Below are positions 24,801 to 36,676 of a stretch of DNA of 64,000 nt, piece by piece; position 1 is the stretch's first letter, and every line of letters begins with the position of its first letter. A program made the position numbers and the translations under genes. Source of the DNA: Novakomyces olei (lineage: Eukaryota); assembly GCA_016906335.1 (NCBI GenBank), contig JADEYG010000001.1:1550001-1614000 (forward strand), in the 5' to 3' direction. Under the pieces are notes generated by a model. That model did not search any database and was not told where the DNA came from. It saw only the letters and a list, made by a program, of their open reading frames with translations.

Positions 24801-25086
24801 GTCACTGCCCGTAATGACGACCCCTCATTTAGCCGCCGCAGGAGGAGCAGGAATGGAGGCTATGGGCTCGCCTTTTATTGATTTCCAGCGGCAATCTTAC
24901 CCTATTGGCCCGGGATCTTTGCCGATGGGGGATCCCCGGAACGCCAGAGTCGGGCCTAATGGATCTTTTATGCCATTTTACCCCTCCGAAGGTTTCCGGG
25001 GTTACGAGACGGGGGAAGACAAGACGCAAGGCGATGATAGTGGATCAGAGCAGAACGAGCTGTACGGTTTGGCTATTGAAGGATGA
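21871..25086 (+). CDS. nrd1: Four-RRM RNA-binding protein, Nrd1(Msa2)/Mrn1 family, with a long low-complexity N-terminus
   Basis: [71 protein letters not shown]. First ATG at 21871. Symbol refers to the S. pombe gene, not S. cerevisiae NRD1. Confidence 0.9.
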   Translation: [1071 protein letters not shown]

Positions 25087-26039
25087 CGGCAGCGGTTGTG
25101 GAAGACTGTTGCATGCACAAAGAGATGTATATATACACAACAAGGCATATTCATACAAATTTTTCTTGCTAATGAATCAATTAATTAGTTTGCTAATTAA
25201 CAAGATTGTTGCTTTTGGACAATTGATACAACTATACCTTCATGCACGCAGGCCAGGACTCACAATCGCGCTGGACGTTTCGACCGCTCGCATTCGCGCC
25301 GACTATTTCCTTGTTGCTAGTGTACTCCGAGGCCTTCTCCGTTTTTATTGTTCATTTCTTGGTCATTTGATTTGGTCAACACTTCACCGTTTGCTCATCA
25401 TACCAACTCTTTTTGTCTGTTTGCTCGCCATTGTTTATGTTTTCGTTTCGAAAGTACATATCGACATTTTTGAGTTTAGCTTCATTATAATTGGACATTG
25501 AACCTGTTTGAAAAAAACCCCCATTTTCTGGAATTTTATCGCGCGTTGTCCATTGATCTGGCTCCTCATTTACCTTAGAGTCATCCTTTTGCTAGCATGA
25601 CTGAGCCGCCTACACCGCTGCTCAAGTCTGTACTATGAATATCACAAACCGGAATTTGTATATTTGACTGTGCCATTGTAGACGCTGAGTAGGACTAGTC
25701 AGCTGCCTTGTTCGACAGACTAGTTTTTGAACAGTCTAGTGGTAGCCGCTCCTTGCCATACCTTAACTACTTCTGTAGCATCATTTGCCATACGGACCGA
25801 GCCTTACAGTGCGTCGCTTGAAATTATTAATATTTATAAATCAATAATTTGTTTTTGTACTCACCTTCCTGTAGACTGCATCTCCTTACGCCTTACAGAA
25901 TACGTGAGGTCATGTGCTTTCACATGACAGTCAAATGACCGTTGAGATAATTAATCTATATCATAGCAAATAGCCGCTGCAACAGTACCCTCGCCCCTCT
26001 GATACTGCCAATCCCGTACTTATTTGAAACAGAGCAAAG

Positions 26040-26663
26040 ATGCCGGTGAGGCTGGAACGTATCCCGCTGGGCGTCATCCTTACCCGTAAAGTCCCTTTTG
26101 ACTCTCCAGTTTGAGCTTTTAACATGTCATTTTACGTTTATTTTTGGCTAATAATGAGCTAATTTAAATCTCTATTTGCTGTCTGGTTCTTTACCCTCCT
26201 CCAGATTCGTTGTTACCAAGGGTTTTGCTAACGACTAGCGGCAATGACAACATGGGTGCCATTCTATATCGGCTACTACAGCTTTCTGCAGCTTCGTGTA
26301 ATCAATGCACGCGTTGAAACGGGCAAGCAAGTAGAAATTGCCGACAAGGAGGCCGACATATCGGACCCGCTATACGTCAGCGTTCATTCGGCCGCCGAGT
26401 TTGCCAGCAATGTCCCTACTGGGCTTTTATTGGCCGCACTGGCTGAGCTTAATGGTGCACGGCCCGGAGTGCTGCACGCGCTCTTGGGATCTTTTTTCGC
26501 TTTGCGTGTAGCCCACGTTGAGCTTGGGACAGAGAGCACTTCCAAGAGCAAAGCCGGTATTAAATTTGGACAGTACGGGACGATTGTCTGGCTCGCGGGT
26601 GTTGGCGCATACGTCTTTTACCTTGGCTGGCCAGTCACCCGAATTTGGGCGCGTTTGAACTGA
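26040..26663 (+). CDS. MAPEG-family membrane protein (exons 26040-26085, 26239-26663)
   Basis: Hydrophobic helices; LAALAELNG and LRVAHVELG. Intron GTAAAG...GCTAACGACTAG keeps the frame. Confidence 0.75.
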
Positions 26664-26939
26664 CTGATTGATTGAGAGATCAATGCCGAAATTCAGATAT
26701 CAAAATCTTGTTACTGGCAATTTTTACGCGCGCATTTGGATCTATTATCGTTGCAAAGAAAACGCGTTTGACAGGCGTTTGACAGGTGTTTGGTTTGTGG
26801 GGTGCAGGTTTACTAATATATACATAATACCGCATGCAATGCTTGTAGAAATAATTAATTACAATGTAAACCATAAATTACAGGGTTAGGGTTATCATGT
26901 TTGAATAATTCGACAGTGAGCAACGCGTAAACAAACACG

Positions 26940-27773
26940 ATGCCTCGCAAGCTTAAACGGCCACGTGGCAAGCAAAGCACGCAAGCGGCAGCTCAGTCTA
27001 GTACAAATGCAGACACTCGCAGTGCGACTCCAGAATTTTCTACGCCCAAGTCCCGCGCGGACCAGTTGCGTAGAGATTCGCAGGCAGAAGGGCAGAGTAC
27101 CCGATCAGCGAGGCTAAACAGCCTTTCCCCCATCCCGGCGCAGACCAGTGAGCCAAGCTGTGAACAAAATTCCGCCATAGAAGCAGCGTCAGACAGCAGT
27201 GACGGGTTTGGGTTCAGCCGTGTGAGAAACAAGCACTTTCAGACCATCACAGATCATCAGAAGGGCAAAGAGCCAAAACTGACAGAGCCAAAACTGCCAG
27301 AGCCAAAACTGCCAGAACTTCCGTCTTCGCCAATGCTTCCAGAGTTGGGGGATACTATGGCTGCTTCATTCTCGTCTTCGCCTTTGTCATCTGTGCCCTC
27401 ATCGGAGGTTGACGAGTATTCATACACGGCTGGCGAGGGAGAAGCACAGTACAATGTACCTACAAGGGAGCTGGAAAAGATGCTGCCTCATAGTATAATA
27501 CACACGAGGCAAAAAGCAAAGAAACAACGCAAACGGCGTGAGCCAAAAGAGGCCCTGTATGGGGAAGACGCAAAAAGTCTGGACGGACGGCGGCACCGTG
27601 AAGGGTTGCAACAGGAAACTGAGCGATCGGACGATGAGGGATACGATGACGAGTATAAAATGAGGGAACGAGCGAGAATTGATAAAGTGAAAGCCTACTT
27701 TAAGCAGGTTGACGTCTGGCCGCTGGACGAGGAGGATGTTTACGTGCCGCCATCTTCAACTTCCGCTGCTTGA
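26940..27773 (+). CDS. Sororin-like cohesin regulator (Sor1-like)
   Basis: Disordered basic N-terminus, FGF motif (27207-27215), PTRELEKMLP, a basic patch, and C-terminal KVKAYFKQVDVWPLDEEDV resembling the Sororin C-terminal domain. Confidence 0.72.
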   Translation: MPRKLKRPRGKQSTQAAAQSSTNADTRSATPEFSTPKSRADQLRRDSQAEGQSTRSARLNSLSPIPAQTSEPSCEQNSAIEAASDSSDGFGFSRVRNKHFQTITDHQKGKEPKLTEPKLPEPKLPELPSSPMLPELGDTMAASFSSSPLSSVPSSEVDEYSYTAGEGEAQYNVPTRELEKMLPHSIIHTRQKAKKQRKRREPKEALYGEDAKSLDGRRHREGLQQETERSDDEGYDDEYKMRERARIDKVKAYFKQVDVWPLDEEDVYVPPSSTSAA

Positions 27774-28197
27774 CGCAAAAATGTAATTAAATGGCGTGTT
27801 TTCCGTGTTTTCTTTTAAATAGGTACTGTATATAGCACTCGTAATGCACAGTGGAAATTTTTGTTTTTACAAAAGTTTAGGCGCACAGCACGCTATGCTC
27901 GAATTGACAATGCCGTCTTTAACGGTCCGGAATACGGGGGACGGGCTCTTTCTGCTCGCGCATAGTGCGAATTATTCTGAATTAAATTAACTCGATAAAT
28001 ATAGACTTTGCTAATTGCTAGTAAGCTTATAGTATTATTTTTATATAATTTAATATCATTTAATATCCTTCTGTGTAGTATAATAAAAACCCTAACACGT
28101 ATTAAGGTACGCGACTTGACGCGACAATAGACGCGCGACGACGTAGTATAAACAGGTTGCGACTCTGCTTTACGCCTGCAAGTTGCTGCAATAAAAT

Positions 28198-31100
28198 ATG
28201 GGGTCGGCAGCGACACGTCGGTCGTCGCGGGGCACGAAAAATAAACCATTTACCAAAAAAGCGGACTCAAAACCGTCCGAAATTGATGAAGAACGGACGA
28301 CAAAGACAAACCAAATCAAAGTACAATCAGAGCCTTCGATCCTCTGCTCGAACAAACCCATAGTTCCTAGCACGGGGAACTCGATTAAAACCGTGGATCT
28401 GCTTGAGGTTTTATCTGTGAGTATAGCAAAAAAAGAAATGAAAAAAAAAACAAAGAAAAGAAAACAAAAATAACAAAAAAACAGAAACCAAATCTTAAAC
28501 GTACTAGTCTAATCCGCTACAGAAACTGCATGACGAACTTCGAGACCATGACCAGGACACGGACGATCGGTCGTTTATTACCAAGAGAGCAGCTCAACTT
28601 GTCCATCCCAATTTGATGCAGCACAAGGACAAAGGCGTACGGGCGTACGTGAGCTGCTGTCTGGCCGATATTCTACGCATATGTGCTCCAGACGCGCCGT
28701 ACAATGAGAGCCAATTAAAGGAAATTATGCGCTTTTTCGTCCGGCAGCTTCAAGCCTTGCAAGACCAGGACAGCTCATACTACTCGCTGGCGTTTTACTT
28801 ACTCGAGTCTCTTGATACAGTTCGCTCAATCGTCCTTGTGTGCGATCTGACTGGGGCGGAGAGCATAATCGTCGATTTTTTTAGAACCTTTTTCGACGTT
28901 ACAATACACAATAAAACCAAGCAGGTTCAGTTCCTGATGGCCGATGCCATGCAACAGCTGATTGAGGAGGCACCAAACGTGCCGCCGGCCATACTTGACT
29001 CTTTGCTCTCGCAACTGCTGGTGTCTTCAAAACCTGCTCTGTCTTCGTCCACAAATCGACCGCAAGTACGAGTCTACCAGGATGAAGCAAGTGCAAATGC
29101 GTCTCAGTTTTTCCGCCCGCCTGGCCAGCAAGTAGCACACCAGGTCCTCTGCCGATGTGCCGATTATTTGCAGCGGTACATTTGCCAGTATTTCGCAAAC
29201 GTTATAATTGAGGCCACTTCTCTGGACGACGATCATCCACAGGACTCTCGTACCGTGCTGGACGAAGATGCAGCCCTACGAGCTCATCGACTCGTGGTAG
29301 AGCTTTGGAAGTGTGCTCCTTCAACACTATTGAATATTGTGCCTCAGCTGGAGAGCGAGCTTGGCCAGGAAAATGCACGGCTTCGATCTATTGCTACAGA
29401 AACGATTGGAATAATAATGAGCACGGCTCACCATAACGATTTATCGGCAGAATATCCATCCGCATTTCGAGCTTGGCTGTCCCGCGCCAATGATCGATCG
29501 CCCATGGTTAGACTCGCTTGGCTTGCTTGTATAGCAGACGTCGTTTCAGCCAATGAACAACGTGCTTCTACTGTGGATGATTGCATTTCGAGTTTAGCAC
29601 AAAGATTCCTTGATCCTGATGACGCTGTGCGGACCAGTGCTGTATGCACTGTACACTCTTTGCCCTATAATACAGTTGTGAGTCGAGTACCAGTCGAAAT
29701 TATTCGCGAAGTATCGGAACGGTGCAAGGATAGAAAGCACAAAGTTAGGGAGAATGCATTTAAGTGTCTGGGCAAAATTTATAATAATTTTTACTCTTCA
29801 ATAGCATCGTCTGGCTCTACTGCTACCTCTGAAAGTATAGAAAAATTTGAATGGATACCCAACGGCATATTGCGAGCCGCCTATGCTGATGATCGAGATA
29901 TTGACGCGCTCATTGAGCGAACTGTATACGATGATTTGCTCGACAGACAAGAAGTCGATGACGATAAGCGTGTGAGGCGGCTATTATGCGTATTCAAGAG
30001 CCTTGAGACGCGTGTACAAAAGGTTTTTTCCGGACTGCTTACCCGCCAGAATACGATGTCTAAACTGCTCAAAATGTACATTGCTCACGTTGCCAGCCCT
30101 GAGGTAAGCTAAGCATTAAATAATAACTTATTAACATATTTCAGGAAAAGAAACGTGAATTTAGCGAGCAGGCAGAGCTTGTTGTATCGAATATTGCCTC
30201 GCAATTACCGAATTCTACAAGGGCAAAAGAGGATTTGGAACAGTTTGCAAACCTCAGGGATCAGCGATTGTGCAAGTACTTGAGTGACGTGACCGCGCCC
30301 AGCTCTGAAGCTTCCGTAGTCATTAAATCGGCCGTAAGTAGGCAATAGCCAATTTTGATTTATTTATTTATTTACCATTTATTTCATTTTCATGTCTAAC
30401 AGGAGCAAAATAGATCGAGTTTGTAAAAAGACTGGAAACAAAGCCCTCCTCATTAGCTTCCACCTTCAAATGCATCGTGTATAAGAGCTCATTGTTTGTT
30501 TGTAACAAAACAAATCTCTGTAAGCTGCTCGAGCTTTTGCTACCCGGCGCAGACGGAATCGGGCCCGACGGTAATAAAGCGGCCAGCGAGCTATTTGAAA
30601 ATATTGCAGCCATTCAGCGGCCCGTTTTCCAGTATGTCCTGCCTCGAGTCATTTCTGTCGTTTCAGAGGCAGGCCGGACTGTGCCTGATGCTGTAATAGC
30701 ATCGATTGCTGCATTTGTACACCATAGTCGAGAGAAGATCGTTGCCCCGAAAGAGTTTCTGCACGCAATCAAAGAGATTATCCTGATCTATTCCGCATCA
30801 GACGCAATGGCAGCAAATGCAGCAGTAATTGCCTGTCATTTAGAAACTGTGGGCCCCTACAAACAAGAGATTTTACAAGAATTAGTGGAAAACATGGAGT
30901 ACGATGACGACCGGTTTTGCGCTAAATTAGCGGCAATTTCTCAGTTTGCGCTTCATGATCCTGTGGATTTTGAACATTTTTCTGATACGGTAGTAACGTT
31001 TGTGATTAAACAGATTCTTTTGAATGTGCGTCCTGGCGAAACGGAGGAGTCACACTCTTCTACCGTTCTTGAGGACACAGAAACCGTTTGGAGAAGCGCC

Positions 31101-32396
31101 GACAAGTCTACTACTGCTCGAACTGAGGCGATCAAAGTGCTATGCAATCGTCTGGAGGCTAACAGGGAAGCTGAAACATCGACTGAGATTGCCGAGCCCG
31201 TAGTGAAAATGCTGGAGACTATAATTCAGCGTCAGGGAGAACTGGGAAAGTCTGCCCGACCTGCGCCGTATATTGCTTCGCGACTTCGACTTGATGCGGG
31301 TCTTTCCCTGCTGAAATTGGCCAGGTTTCGCAAGTTTGAACGCTTAATCAGCCCAGTGCTTTTTGACTCACTCTCTCTGTTAGCTCAAGATCCAGTATTG
31401 CAGGTGCGCACACGCTTCTTGAGCGAGCTGCGTGGCCTCTTGCAGTCAAAGCAATTGCCTCTACATTGTATTGCTATTGCTTTCCTTAGTGCTCACGAGC
31501 CAAATGAAGCTCTGCGCGCGGAAACGAGCAAATGGCTGAAGTCAATGGCCGCCCTTCATCGTCGGGACAATTCGTATGCAGCGGAACAAAGCCTGCCTGT
31601 CTTTATCTCGCTCCTTGCTCACCATCCTGACTTTGGCGAGGACGTAGACGACTGCAAAATGTATTTGCAATACTTCAAGTATTTTATAGAGTCGGCCGTC
31701 ACTCCGGATACTGTATCGCTCGTTTTTCATCTTGTACAAAGACTTAAACAGGTCAAGGACGCTGTGCTTCCCGACAGATCAGACAGATTATACTTTTTAT
31801 CTGATCTATGCCAGTTTTATATTCAGACATACGCAAGCCAAAATGATTGGCCGCTTCAGGCATACCCCAAAAGCTTACGCTTACCCAAATCCCGCTTCGT
31901 CGCACTGAGCTCTCGGACAGAGGCGGTTGAAGTACGTAAAGTTGATTTTTTTTTATTTTTTTTTGTTCTCACAAGTCTGATTTCTTCAAGTTTGATGCAT
32001 TCTATTTTGTCATGAATCTTTGTAGTGCTAACTGTGTCTAGCTGTCGCGAAAGAAGTTTCTTTCCCCACAAATTGAAGATGAGCTGCAGCAATGCATATC
32101 TAAATCAGAAAGGGTACTGAGATTTGCTTAGAAAATTTGTTAATATTTCCTCTTCTAACCAGGCGCAGGGTATTCTGACAGAAACGACAAATGTCACGAA
32201 AAAGAGCCGAGCGTTAAAGCAAAGCAGCAAGACAAGGAAGCCCAGTGTTAAACGCAAAAGGACCTCAAACACAGATCCGAATCAACGGCGGAAAAGTGAC
32301 CGTATAACCCGCGTCAGTGCAAGGAAGCCTGTTTCATACAGAGAAAACTCAAATTCTGAGTCAGAAGGCGAATCGGGTTCTGATATATCTGACTAG
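28198..32396 (+). CDS. PDS5: Cohesin-associated HEAT protein Pds5 (introns 28417-28522, 30104-30144, 30334-30413, about 31932-32041, 32114-32162)
   Basis: HKDKGVRAYVSCCLADILRICAPDAPY, YLLESL..VRSIVL, DPDDAVR, RLRLDAG, LLAHHPDF and a basic C-terminal tail. Confidence 0.95.
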
Positions 32397-33014
32397 TGGC
32401 ACCGCAAAGAGCACAGGAAATTCGTTTAACATATTGCTTTGAACCAATTCGAGCGCGAGGGCGGTGGACGTTTTCGAGAATTTAATGTATACTATTTGTA
32501 CATATCAGTGTATCTTATCTTCCATATCATTTAATTAATTCTGTTTTACGAGCTATGAATCCAAAATTAAAGCCTTAAATTTGAATGTTTTTATCAAGAC
32601 AACAGAATATTCAAAAAATAAAGCAGTAAATCTTTTGTTGAACACGCGGACAGCCTTGCAAACGTGATTGAGGCAGCTCAATTGAGAGTCTGACATTAAT
32701 TGAGTTGAATTTAATTATAATTATTGTCACAAAATTGAAATAAAATACGATATTTTTATTTAATAAATAATGAATTTTTAGATACAATGATGTATACAAA
32801 AATATAAATTATATTATTTTATATTATTTTACGGATTCAATTTATTTGACCAAGACAACTAATAAAATAATATAAATAATATAAACGATATGAAGTTACA
32901 TAATCTATCATTTCACTTTTAGATATTAAATTATATTATTATTGTAGTATTATATTATTCAAATAGCCAATATCACGAAAGCCCAACGACAATGATGACA
33001 GCATTGGCGGCGAG

Positions 33015-36000
33015 ATGATCGATTCTTCTCGCCAAGCAGTATTTGATCGAGTAAGTGTTAGGAATTACAATTTGTTTTGCTAAATTATTTGAGTTAAAAC
33101 CATGCTGCTTGGAACTGGCGAGGCACAGCATGGTCAGTGCTATTGGCACTGATCAACGCAGCTTACAAGCATCTTTACGAGCAACACGGTCGCAGCTCGA
33201 TGACATCACTCGCGATAGCACAGCAAGCTATGGCCCAGCTTTGGCAGAGTACGTGTTTTATCCGATCAGTTTCCTCCTCCGACAGAGAAACTCTCTGTCT
33301 GACGAAACGCTATGCTTAACCCTAACATGTATTGAACAGCTCATTGCAAGAGCCTGGTCTCACCGACTATCAGCTGAGCTGTTTCAGCAGCTGCTAATAT
33401 TACTGACATCTCTTGTAGAGGGCAGTAAGGCTAAAGCCTCAGGGTTTAGGGTTAAACATCATTCTGTACAATGTTTAATGCAGCTCTTTCGAGCTGCTGG
33501 CAGCCAAACTGACACGGAGTTCCGTCACTTGGCTGTTTATGGCAAAGCCAAATTGGCGCTGGCGCATTGTGTAAGTGTTCTACTGGATTATGCAGTTCAG
33601 CGCGACCAGGACGTTATGGATAAGTGTACAGCGCTGGACGCTCTCACTGTACTCCTCCAGGGAGTCGGATCGGACGCCGACTTGGTCGCGAGTTTCCTGC
33701 CGGGTATTGTCTCTATTATTTGCAAGGGGCTGCAAAAGGATGGAGGACTGAGACGGCATCATTTAGTAACAGAAAAGTCGCTCGCACTACTCGTCTGTGC
33801 TATTACTGCTGCATGTTCAGACAGGGCAGTATCAAGTTTGCAGAGTGAGAGCAAAAAAGAAGAGGAAAAAACAGAAACAGAAACAGAAACATCAAAAGGC
33901 AAGTTGGACACAAGTTTGCCGTACGACTTTACGCGTACGGCAAGCTGGTTAGAAGGCACCAAAACCCAAATAAAATTGGCACTTGACACAATTGCTTCTA
34001 TCCGGGCAGCAGACCAAATGACCGTGCGGCTGGCCATGCTCAATCTTTCGCTCAATCTTTTCCTTGAATGCTCCAAAATGCTGGACAGCTGTATCGATTA
34101 TTTTACACAAACCCTAATTTTGCTGTCGGTGGACGAGTACGCGCAAGTGCGGTCAGCGGCGGTGGAAGGATTACGGCGGCTGTCTGAGCCACGTACAAGT
34201 CCAATACTGGTCGAGTCACTTTTGCACTTGCTTGACTTGTGCGTGCTCCGGTTTGAACGTACACTGGAGTCTGGACGCGAACAAGAAATCAACCTTTTCT
34301 TTGTTTTGCTAACAGAGACGATTCGCCAGTATTACACTATTGCGTCTCCGTCTGCTGATCTGCCTCAGAGACAAGAGCTTTTGACGAAGGCTTTGCTGTA
34401 TGCACAGGTTGCCACCGATCCCGTAGAAAAGGCTGCCGCCAGTGCGTCCAGGAATTTAGTTTCGTCTGTATCCTCGTCTTCCGATATGAGCCATCTCATC
34501 GCAAACAATAACCGTCTGACCCTGCAAGAGCCACAATTAAAATACTTTAAAACTCCGCAGACGCGGCAGAGCTTCAAGGCTTTCGTTCAGCTTCTTGTAC
34601 GCCCACAGGACCATACAAGAATCGCTTCACTTTTCGATCAGACGCTGGAAGCAGCTCAGGACAGTGGTAAGAGCACGTTACCCGGCAATTCTTCTACGAC
34701 TACGACGATGTTGATTGCCAACACGGCGCTCGCTGAATTACAAAACGAAAACGCAAATTTTGGGACACTGCTCCTGCTGGACAAGACCTATTGGACAGCC
34801 AAACATCTGATAATAAACACAGTAGATATCGAGGCAATGGACGGCTCAGCCGCCAGTCTCTGTATGGTTGCAATTGCCCAGTACGCTCAGCACTATGGCC
34901 AGCAGTTTGATACTGAGCTGATTGATGTCTTGTTCCCCTTGCTGGATCTGTTTGGCAGCCGTTCAGGATCAGTTCAGCAAAATGCCGCCTGGACTCTGGT
35001 GCAGCTCGCTGCTGCCTGCAGTTATGCAAATGTACCAGCAATGCTAGCCGCCAACATGGACTACTGCGTGAACGCAGTAGCACTGCGATTGAACACTTTT
35101 AGTATTACTCCGAGTGGGCCAATGACGCTCGTCGTTCTTGTTCGTCTGCTCGGACAGGCGGCAGTTGTTTATATGAAGGATGTTATTGAGAGCATTTTTA
35201 CTGCTCTCGATACATTTCAGACGTACCCGAAACTCGTTGCGATGCTGTTTGAAGTGCTCAAAGTCGTTGTAGAAGGTGTGGGCGTGGGTGAGGGTTATGG
35301 AGGGGACAAACTGCCACACAAGAGGGCACTGCTCTTACAGCGTGCGGAAAGGGATTCCGTGCCGTCCATAATTGAACGGGTAAAGGCGTCAATGCGAAAG
35401 AGGCAGAGGGCCGATCCTTTGCCAGCACCTGAACAAGCTGTGCCTCCATTGCAGTCGGAAGGCGAAAAGAGTTGTGGTGGTGAAGAAGAAGAAGAAGAAG
35501 GCAAGATCGAGACGGAGCAAGAACGAGAGCCGAGACTCGAACCCGAGCTGGAAATTGTCTGCTCCGTAATGCGTAAATCACAAATGTTTTTAACGCACGG
35601 AAACCGGAACGTTCAGCGAGCGATTCTGCACCTTTTGGCTCGGGCTCAGCTATTACTAGCAGCACAGGAGGATACTATACTGCCCTTGATAAACGACCTG
35701 TGGCCTCTTGTACTTAATAAACTGGATGATGGCGATCCTGAAGTCTTTGAGGCCGCTGCCCAAACGATTGCTGGCATGTGCGAAGCTGCTGGAGACTTTA
35801 TGAGCACTCGAATTGCGAATGAGGGCTGGCCTCGTCTGAAAAAGGTTTTTTCAACAAGCAATGCAGATAGCAAAAGACTGGGCAGGAAGGAGGCAGTTAA
35901 TGCTGTTGCACACAGGAAGCAGCCGCTGCCTTATTCTTCTGAAGCGAAAAGGCAGGCGGCTGTTTACCGGTGCTTGTCCCGTATTTGCGAATGCGTAACG

Positions 36001-36165
36001 CTCCCGTTACGCACGCAAGACGACATTTTGGACACAGTGGCGAGCGGGCTTCGACGCGGGAAAAGAAATGCGGTTCAAACGGAGTTTTTACAGTCCCTGA
36101 GGCTGATGAATTCGGATGGTGTATGGCTTGAAATTGATAGGTACGTGGAGGATAGACATGTATGA
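33015..36165 (+). CDS. TTI1: TEL2-interacting protein 1 (TTT complex; exons 33015-33050, 33094-36165)
   Basis: Spliced N-terminus MIDSSRQAVFDR|LKPCCLEL; LAEYVFYP, LVASFLPGIVS, RTASWL, NMDY, LPLINDLWP, GDFMSTR, NSDGVWL. Confidence 0.9.
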
Positions 36166-36408
36166 ATAAATGAATAAATGAATAAATGAATAAATGAATA
36201 AATGAATAAATGAATAAATGAATAAATGAATAAATGAATAAATGAATAAATGAATAAATGAATAAATGAATAAATGAATAAATGAATAAATGAATAAATG
36301 AATAAATGAATAAATGAATAAATGAATAAATGAATAAATGAATAAATGAATAAATGAATAAATGAATAAATGAATAAATGAATAAATGAATAAATGAATA
36401 AATGAATA
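36162..36408. repeat. (ATGAATAA)n 8-bp satellite, about 31 copies, starting at the TTI1 stop codon
   Basis: Read directly; TGA at 36163-36165 is part of the first unit. Confidence 0.97.
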
Positions 36409-36676
36409 GTCTACCAACGGGCTTCAATATTACAGATAATGCAAATTTTAAGAGGCCAAATTAGCGTTTCTCAAACCGATATACGCATTTACCGTTGGAC
36501 AACTGCATACTACAAGACAAATAATTTCGCTTGATCCTTTTCGTCTCTTAAACGACCTCTTCTGAAGGCAGACAATGAGCTATAAAACATTTTTATTAAA
36601 ATCCTTTTTTATTTCAAAGACCGTAAAACACACGAATCATCTGGATCAAGTCTATAAATCAAGTAAAGGCTCGCAA

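Noticed and set aside
26661-26675. TGA-CTG readthrough context after the MAPEG gene
   Set aside because: The extension is only X-L-I-D before the next stop, with no PTS1 or other signal.
35897-36427. FIHLFIYS repeat ORFs, and the poly-L/I ORF at 41307-41648
   Set aside because: Artefacts of stop-free simple repeats.
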